Assembly: GCF_006345805.1 (NCBI RefSeq)
Contig: NW_021833502.1
Span: forward strand, 1 to 28,744
DNA: 28,744 bases
From: Octopus sinensis
Taxonomy: Eukaryota
Direction: 5' to 3'
The translations under genes and the position numbers were made by a program. Positions 21,055 through 28,744 of the stretch are shown piece by piece. The notes beneath the pieces are model-generated. The model had not been told where the DNA came from. It saw only the letters and a program-made list of their open reading frames with translations, and ran no database searches. Positions within the stretch are counted from its first letter, which is position 1; each line of letters opens with the position of its first letter.

Positions 21055-21630
21055 CTTTCTTTATCACAGGTTGTTGGAGTTCCTGGAGTCTTACATGCGT
21101 AGCGAGCTTGCTACCTACAGCATACGGTACCATGCTATCCATTCCTTTCAGCTATCTAATACTTACCTGATTATTCTGGACGTACCAAGGAGGCAAAACT
21201 TTTATATCAGTTCTACTGGACACTCTATTCCAATTTCCTTTATATTCCTCTTGATACCTTCTGATACTATTCCCAACGACCCAACAATAATTGGCGCTAT
21301 CTTTACATTCTTCATTTTCCATAGCCGGATTATTTCGTACTTAAGAGGTTTGTATTTATCTTTTCGCCTTCCTTCTTGACTATTCGTGGGTCAAAGGGGC
21401 ATGCAACATCAACTATATAGCATATGTGGTGCATGTTGTCTCCTACCACTAGGTCGGGTCTGTTATGCTCTAGCATCTGATCTGTTTGGGCTGGGAAATC
21501 CCAGAGGATTTTGCTGGTCCTCGACTTCGCCATTCTGCGGTTTATGCTCATATCACGTCTTGCCTCTCTCTAGCCCCCACTTTTCGCACTGTTTCCAATG
21601 TAGCTCTTTCGCTACCTGATCGTCACCTGA
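21021..21630 (-). mobile_element. 5'-truncated Dong/R4-clade non-LTR retrotransposon with (TAA)n tail
   Basis: Minus strand translates as DQVAKELHWKQCEKWGL...YEHKP / KILWDFPAQTDQMLEHNRPDLVV...CYIVDVACPFD.RI.KKE.EK / DKYKPLKYEIIRLWKMK...PIIVGSLG...CLLGTSRIIR*VLD*. This is the R4/Dong RLE (PD..D) domain, followed by a short 3' UTR and (TAA)n. Confidence 0.9.
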
Positions 21631-21686
21631 CGATCATCATCATCATCATCATCATCGTCATCGTCATTCATTAATATTATTATTAA

Positions 21687-21960
21687 GACGGCGAGCTGAC
21701 AGAATCGTTAGCACGCCGGGCGAAATGCTTAGCGATATTTCGTCTGCTGCTGCGTTCTGAGTTCAAATTCCGCCGAGGTACATTAAGTACCAGTTATGCA
21801 CTGAGGTCGATATAATCGACTTAATCCGTTTGTCTGTCCTTGTTTGTTCTCTCTGTGTTTAGCCCCTTGTGGGTAGTAAAGAAATAGGTATTTCGCCCGT
21901 CGCTACATTCTGAGTTCAAATTCCGCCGTGGTTGACTTTGCTTTTCATCCTTTCGGGGTC
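21687..21960 (+). mobile_element. SINE family B copy with internal deletion plus tandem partial second copy
   Basis: 21687-21886 lacks the central domain after ccgaggt; 21887-21960 restarts at ggtatttcg and contains that domain. Confidence 0.85.
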
Positions 21961-22245
21961 CTTTTTTCTTCACATTTTCCCCCCTGAGCTTTTGCGGCAA
22001 TCTTTCTGTCTGTTTGCCTAATCGTTTATATGTTTAGATCTTTGCTGTCAGCGTGACAAGCTCTCTCAGTTTGTTTCCCTGTCTGTCCGTCTGCTTGTCT
22101 GTCTGTCTATATCTACCTAAACGCTTCTATATCTATATCAAACGGTCGGTCAATCTCTCTCTGCTTGTGCATATGTCTACATGTACAAGAAGCAGCAGCA
22201 AAATGACCTTCCTTACAGTACCTTATTTCATTAAACACAGGAAAT

Positions 22246-22684
22246 GGATCTTTTCGGTTTGAACGGTAGTTTTTAACATAATTTCTAGGTAACTAAAAAA
22301 ATTTAAACTTCGTATACTGGTAGAATGTGTTTATAAAACATCTTTTTCTCTTGGCTTTATTGAGAAAATTTTATAGGTGTTAAGATATTTGTTGTTTTTT
22401 TTTTCTTCAATTTCTGCAATTTCAACCAATCAGTGACGTCTATTGAGTTAAAAAGCACTCTGTATCGTATGAATATGTCTCTCGTTTAAGAAACAGATTG
22501 GCTTTATTTACATTTGTGAATAAAAAAAGATATCCTTCCCCCACCCCTAACCCTAACCAACCCTTACTAACCCTAACCCTAAAAGAGATTGAAATGCAAT
22601 AGATCGATTCTAGGGTCATAATTATGGGTGACAATTCCATATTACACCGCTAGAAAAAACTGTCCGTTCAAACCGAAAAGATCC
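22246..22684. mobile_element. Same MITE family as 10599-11007, opposite orientation, 8-bp TSD CAGGAAAT
   Basis: TIR GGATCTTTTCGGTTTGAACGG at both ends; CAGGAAAT at 22238-22245 and 22685-22692; internal (CCCTAA)n. Confidence 0.93.
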
Positions 22685-22956
22685 CAGGAAATAGAAAATA
22701 CTTCGAGTAATGTAGCCCTCAGTAGACTGTATCTGGAAGACAAAATGATGAAATGGTTGGAGCTGGAACACACTTCATCATAGACGTACAACAGGGGTTC
22801 CAAAGTGTTTCGTTCTTTTTAACTCTTGGTAACATTTTGAAATTAAATTTAGCCCCACACTCACTTTCACTATGTTTTGTTCAGTAATTTGAGTTCACAC
22901 GTCTGCCATAATAAAAGAAACAACAAAGATATTTCTAATATTGGTTTTAAACATCA

Positions 22957-23148
22957 TTCTCTTTCTTTTTACTTGTTTCAGTCATTTGACTGCGGCCGTG
23001 CTGGAGCACCGCCTTTAGTCGAGCAAATCGACCCCGGGACTTATTCTTTGTAAGCCCAGTGCTTATTCTATCGGTCTCTTTTGCCGAACCGCTAAGTGAC
23101 GGGGACGTAAACACACCAGCATCGGTTGTCAAGCAATGCTAGGGGGAT

Positions 23149-23195
<47 letters not shown>

Positions 23196-23374
23196 ATATA
23201 TACATACATACATATATATATATACATATATACGACAGGCTTCTTTCAGTTTCCGTCTACCAAATCCACTCACAAGGCATTGGTCGGCCCGGGGCTATAG
23301 CAGAAGACACTTGCCCAAGATGCCATGCATGGTTGGTTAGCAAGCTACTTACCACACAGCCACTCCTGCGCCTA
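22957..23374 (-). mobile_element. SINE family A with a small deletion removing the B-box region
   Basis: Collinear with 8027-8462 except for the missing gtgggactgaacccggaacca segment near 23330. Confidence 0.9.
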
Positions 23375-23657
23375 TCATTATTTTATATTCAATTAACACT
23401 GGCACGTTATAATGTTATTTCCCTAACTTCTAAACTAATGATAAACAGATATCAAAATGAAACCTCGTTATCTAAATCAGATGACTTCATTAGCAACACA
23501 GTAATTAAATAAGTATACAATCCAGTTCGTTAAATCCAAAGTAATTGAAAGAAAAACTAGTAATTTTTTTTTATACTATTTATTCTATTGCATCTTTTCT
23601 TTCAAATTTCCTTTATCGCAGTTTCAAATTTCTTTCACTGCAATTTCAAATCCCTAA

Positions 23658-24051
23658 GTGGAGGCGCAATGGCCCAGTGGTTAGGGCAGCGGACTCGCGG
23701 TCGTAGGATCGCGGTTTCGATTACCAGACCAGGCGTTGTGAGTGTTTATTGAGCGAAAACACCTAAAGCTCCACGAGGCTCCGGCAGGGATGGTGGTGAT
23801 CCTTGCTGTACTCTTTCACCACAACTTTCTCTCACCCTTACTTCCTGTTTCTGTTGTACCTGTATTTCAAAGGGCCGGCCTTGTCACTCTCTGTGTCACG
23901 CTGAATATCCCCAGAACTACGTTAAGGGTACATGTGTCTGTGGAGTGCTCAGCCACTTACACGTTAATTTCACGAGCAGGCTGTTCCGTTGATCGGATCA
24001 ACCGGAACCCTCGTCGTCGTAACCGACGGAGTGCTAAGAAAGTGCTTCCTC
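23658..24051 (+). mobile_element. Full-length tRNA-derived SINE family C with 12-bp TSD
   Basis: A box TGGCCCAGTGG (23670-23680), B-box-like GGTTTCGATTACC (23713-23725), TSD TCAAATCCCTAA at 23646-23657 and 24052-24063. Confidence 0.9.
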
Positions 24052-24399
24052 TCAAATCCCTAAACCTGCTTTGAATTATGACATGATTATTTCCCTTGTA
24101 AGAGCTGTTACCGTTAGAGGGATCACGTGTGTTTGCATTATTTCTTTTTTTCCTTTTTGCCTTTTTTTTTTATTACAAAAATAGACTTAATTCAATTTCT
24201 CCTTTTCAACTTCAGATTTTGAAAGATTATAATTAGGGAAAAATTATATACAGACCCAGAATCAGAAAATTTGCGGTCCTTGTTCACCAGGGTAGGCGAA
24301 AACCGAAATCTATTTGATTAGAGTTGATTAAAGTTCAGGCAACAAGAAGCAATCTTAACATAGGGTTGTCACGTGTCTAGTGTTGCGAAATGAATGTGC

Positions 24400-24764
24400 T
24401 CAAAACGCAAGTAAACTCGTTGTTACCCCAGGCAGACGAATACGTTGTGAGTGTATTTGGTAGCTGGAAACTACGTGGAAGCCCGTCATCTATTCATATT
24501 TATGTGTTTGATGTATGTGTGCTGAGTGTGCGTAAGATGTGTGTGTATGTGCACGTGTGAGTGTGTGGGTATGTGTGTGTGTATGTGTATGTCTGTGTTT
24601 ATGTTTAGCCTCTGACATTGTTTGACAACTGGTGTTGGTTTGATTACGTCCTCGTAAATTAGTGGTTTGCCAAAAGAACCCAACAGAATAAGCACCAGAC
24701 TTGGGAAAACGACTCCTGTGTTCGATTTCTTCGACTAAACTCTTCAAAGTGATACCCAGGCATA
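24400..24764 (+). mobile_element. Old diverged SINE-A-like copy; 24489-24764 is duplicated at 25332-25604
   Basis: ttgtgagtgtatttggtagctggaaact...gaagcccgtc and the following 3' half resemble family A; the tail resumes after 25604. Confidence 0.7.
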
Positions 24765-25331
24765 TCTATATATATAAAACTGTAGTTGTGTGAGTGTCTG
24801 TCCCCTTCGATTTAGATTCCTAACTACACCCACATTTTGCGGTGCAGTTTAACCAAATTCGGGTATCTTATAGTCGTGATTCATATCGAGCCCGTCTGGG
24901 TATTAGCGCGCGTCTACGATGAGTCCACGATTTTAAAAATAATTTAACATCATTTTTTATTCCATTTTAATGCACATTTTTTCGTGTGTCGATGGCGGCG
25001 GAGTTGACGTCCACGCTCACGCCTGCACCTGTGTTGCTTCTCCCCCTTCTTCCCTCCCTCGTGAAGCTGTGGGGAAGGGAGTGTAAGGAAATCAACGTCG
25101 TAATGCGTTGTCAAGGAGACCAGCGTTCTTTTAGAACAACGACTTCATGGCTTGAAGACACCAAAACAGAAAATGTCTACGATGAGTCAACGATTTAAAA
25201 AAAAAATTTACCATAATTTTTTTTCCATTTTTAATGCATTTTTTTTTGCTATTTTTTGGCTATAACTCTCTAAAAATGCTTATATCGTTATTTCCCTTAC
25301 AAACCCGAGCAACGTCGGGCGATACTGCTAG
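24765..25331 (+). mobile_element. Non-autonomous Helitron
   Basis: 5' A|TCTATATATATAAAA; 3' hairpin CCCGA-GCAACG-TCGGG (25304-25319) followed by CTAG|T (25328-25331); internal direct repeat gtctacgatgagtc at ~24912 and ~25175. Confidence 0.88.
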
Positions 25332-25629
25332 TCTATTTATATTTATGTGTTTGATGTATGTGTGCTGTGAGTGTGCGTAAGATGTGTGTGTATGTGCACG
25401 TGTGAGTGTGTGGGTATGTGTGTGTGTATGTGTATGTCTGTGTTTATGTAGCCTCTGACATTGTTTGACACATGGCGTTGGTTTGATTACGTCCTCGTAA
25501 ATTAGCGGTTGCCAAAGAAACCAACAGATAAACACCAGACTTGGGAAGGAAACTCCTGTGTTCGATTTCTTGGACTAAAACTTCTCAAAGTGATACCAGG
25601 CATAATCGGAATAAACTGATTGACACAAG

Positions 25630-25630
<1 letters not shown>
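25332..25630 (+). repeat. Second copy of the duplicated SINE segment plus SINE tail
   Basis: Near-identical by eye (several substitutions and indels) to 24489-24764. Confidence 0.88.
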
Positions 25631-25666
<36 letters not shown>

Positions 25667-25682
25667 TATATATATATATATA

Positions 25683-26088
25683 CTCTCTTTTATTTGTTTC
25701 AGTCATTTGAACTGTGGCCATGCTGGAGCACCGCCTTTAGTCGAACACATCGACCCTAGGACTTATTCTTTGTAAGCCTAGTACTGATTCTATCAGTCTC
25801 TTTTGCCGAACCGCTACGTTATGGGGACTAAACACACCAGCATCGGTTGTCATGTGATGTTGGGGGGGACAAACACAGACACACAAACATACATTATATA
25901 TATACACACACATATATATACATACGACGGGCTTCGTTCAGTTCCCATCTACCAAATCCACTCACAAGGCTTTGGTCGGCCCGAGGCTATAGTAGAAGAC
26001 ACTTGCCCAAGGTGCCACGCAGTGGGACTGAACCCGGAACCATGTAGTTCGTAAGCAAGCTACATACCACAAGCCACTCCTACGTCTA
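25683..26088 (-). mobile_element. SINE family A, full-length copy
   Basis: Collinear with 8027-8462. Confidence 0.9.
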
Positions 26089-26125
26089 TATATATATATA
26101 TATATATCTATATATAATATATATA

Positions 26126-26178
<53 letters not shown>

Positions 26179-26264
26179 AGATAAATAAAAATATATGCAA
26201 CATACAAACATATATGTACGTACCTACATCTACATGTATATATACATGCATATATAAATAATTA

Positions 26265-26800
26265 TATGGGAGTACAGGACATCACAATAAGACGTAGAAA
26301 CGGAAAAAGCCAAAAAACAAAAACAAGAAAAGGAAAACGAAAAACAAGAGAAAACGAAAACAATACAGGACGAGCTACACAAGGACAAAACCCCCGTCCA
26401 TCAGCTGTCGCTAGAGGAGTCAGGCATGTTTCGAAGGCATAAAAGAACACTAATCCAATAGGCCTTCCTGCGAGAGAATTAAATAAAATTCCAAGCAGCG
26501 GGGGCAAAATGAGTACGAAACACAAACAAGACGTAACAATAAGACTGCAAAATTAAAACATGTACAAAAACAAACACAAGAGGACGAACGAAAAGCCTTT
26601 TTCTGGCATAGACAAACGATAAAACTGCAAAAATAAAATACATGTACAAAAAGTACAATTAGTTACAAAACGAGAAATAACAAGATTTACTATACAGGAA
26701 ATCAACCACACCAGGGGACGAACGAAGAGCCTTTTGCTGGCAAGGACGAAAAGTGTAGTAGCAGCCGTGGAGGCAGTCTTTTCAATAGTGGGAACCACGT
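26265..26800. mobile_element. Dispersed repeat family E, diverged copy 3
   Basis: Starts tatatgggagtacaggacatcac and has ccatcagctgtcg...tttcgaaggc; internal direct repeats ggacgaacgaa(a/g)agccttt at ~26582 and ~26717. Confidence 0.45.
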
Positions 26801-27308
26801 GTAAAGGAATTTTGTTTTATAGGCAAGGAAGATACACATATACAGAGAGAGAGAGAGAGATACATGCATACATGCATACATACATACATTCGTACATACA
26901 TACATTCATACATACATATACATACATATGGCTTTGGGTACAAAAAAAATACTGGAGGACCAGTTAATTATAATTTTATTCAGTTTTTCTAAGCCCTGTG
27001 AAAGAACTCGGAAGGTTGACCCCCCCCCCAACCAGGCCTTTCACAAAACCCTTAAAGCCAGAAACCTTTCAGTGTGTGTATGTGTGTGTGTGGGGGGTAC
27101 TGACTTTCGCACAGTTTCCTCGCTACGAATATCATTCACAAGGCATAATTGGCACAGGGTAATAATAACAGAAGATATTCAAATGCCGGGCATTGAGTGG
27201 AATGTTGTAGTAGAGCGAACTTTTTAACCACACACACAAGCCTACGCCGATAGTCATGTAGACGAGATTTTCTATGTGCGTGTGTATACGCGTTGGTATG
27301 TATATGCA

Positions 27309-27309
<1 letters not shown>

Positions 27310-27386
<77 letters not shown>
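27310..27386. repeat. (TATC)n microsatellite
   Basis: Directly visible. Confidence 0.97.
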
Positions 27387-27395
<9 letters not shown>

Positions 27396-27399
<4 letters not shown>

Positions 27400-27695
27400 G
27401 CACAGGAGTGGCTATATAGTAAGATTGCTTCCCAACCACATGGTTTTAGGTTCAGTTCCATTAGTGGCACCTTGGGCAAGGGTGTGTCTGTGTTTGCCCC
27501 CCCTCCCCTCAACCATCGCTTGACAACCGATGTTGGTGTATTTACGTTCCCAAAAAGCAGCAGTTCGTCAAAATAGACCGATAGAATAAGTATAAAGAAT
27601 AAGTTCGGGGTGGGATCGATTTGTTCGACTTCAGGCGGTGCTCCAGCATGGCCGCAGTCAAATCACTGAAAAAGAATAAAAGAATGAAAGAATAT
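27396..27695 (+). mobile_element. SINE family A with internal deletion
   Basis: Head ataggcacaggagtggct...ggcaccttgggcaag joined directly to the 3' half; aaaagaat tail. Confidence 0.88.
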
Positions 27696-27907
27696 ACATA
27701 TTACACACGAGATAAAGGTATTTTCAACTAAGACAAAGCTCTCTATCCACAGAAGCGACATCAGTTCCCCATTCCTATACAACGCATTTTACCTGAATGC
27801 AAGGGGGAAGGAGGAAGGAAAAGAAAAGAGCCAGTTGAAGAATTTCGGTTGTTTTGTTTTTATTTAGTTATTTTTTGTTTGTTTGTTTGGTCTGTTTGTT
27901 GCTTCAG

Positions 27908-27936
27908 GCTCCTTGTGGAGCCTGCAAAATGAATAG
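27908..27936 (+). other. Candidate 29-nt microexon
   Basis: Long U-rich tract ending ttgttgcttcAG|, then GCTCCTTGTGGAGCCTGCAAAATGAATAG, then |GTAAGA donor. One frame is open (APCGACKMN). No partner exons were identified. Confidence 0.35.
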
Positions 27937-28309
27937 GTAAGATGCGTGCGTACGTACGTGTGTGTATGTGTGTGCGCGTCTGCGCGGGCTCGTGTGCTTT
28001 GTGTATGTATGTGTGTGTGTGTGTGCATATGCGCGTGCCTGCTTGTGTGTGTGAATGTTCGTGTAAAATAAATTAGCGTGTGTGTGTGTGTACATGTGTG
28101 CGTTTACGTGTTTGTGTACGCATGTGTGAATGTGCGTATAGGTATGTATGTAATGCCTACATCCTCACCTTTTCACGGGTTCGTGAATGTGAAGCGCACA
28201 CCTTTGGTTTACCTGTGTTGTTGATTGATGTGTATATATATATATATGTAGTAGTGTACATTATATGTAGGTGTGTACATATATGTATGTATGTATGTAC
28301 ATATGTGTT

Positions 28310-28620
28310 TGTGTGAGTGTGTGTCTGAGTCTGTCCCCGCCGCCGGTGTTGGTGTGTTTACGTCATCGTAACTTAGCGGTTCGGCTAAAGATATCGATAG
28401 AATAAGGACCAGACTTTTGAAAATAAGCACTGGAGTTGATTAAGTTCGGCTAAAGATTTCTCAGGCCGGTGCCCCAGTATGGCCGCAGTCTATGACTGAT
28501 ACAAGTAAATAATGAAAGATAAAAAGATAGGCGCAGGAGTGGTTGTGTAGTAGGAAGCTTGCTTCCCAACCACATGGTTCTGGGTTCAGTTCCACTGCGT
28601 GGCACCTTGGGCGAGTGTAT
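28310..28620 (+). mobile_element. Diverged SINE A 3' half followed directly by a second SINE A head
   Basis: 3' half at 28310-28525, then ataggcgcaggagtggttgtgtag...ggcaccttgggcgag. Confidence 0.82.
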
Positions 28621-28744
28621 ATAGTGTGTGTGCGCGCGCGCGCACGCGTATATGTAGCTTTCGAATGATCTCACGTCGGTAGGTAGGCGGGCGGGACAAT
28701 ATTCCCCCTGAACGGAACGCCAATCACTCGCAGTGTTGCTCATT

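Noticed and set aside
22792-22812. CAGGGGTTCCAAAGTG, resembling a hAT MITE terminus
   Set aside because: No matching inverted end or 8-bp TSD was found.

Overview
This is eukaryotic, AT-rich, microsatellite-dense DNA, almost certainly an intron or intergenic region of an octopus. The assignment rests on recognising three octopus tRNA-derived SINE families by eye; no database search was run. There is no intact protein-coding gene. Nearly all ORFs in the supplied track are simple-repeat translations, and the real coding remnants are decayed non-LTR retrotransposons of four clades: CR1-group, RTE, CRE-like and Dong/R4. Other mobile DNA includes two copies of an 8-bp-TSD MITE with internal TTAGGG repeats, a fold-back MITE, and a non-autonomous Helitron sitting between two copies of a ~275-bp duplication. 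The most interesting signal is a set of hammerhead-ribozyme-like motifs in short Penelope-like or retrozyme-like repeats. Four copies carry a minimal dimer-type type I hammerhead with a shared non-canonical core (CUGUYGAA) and a stem I compensatory change. A separate copy has the canonical core (CUGACGA...GAAA) and lies inside nested inverted repeats. Weaker signals are a CpG-rich putative regulatory island at ~15.5-17.95 kb (minus-strand TATA plus splice donors, TCF site, CTCF-like motif) and a candidate 29-nt plus-strand microexon at 27908-27936 whose acceptor is folded into a hairpin.
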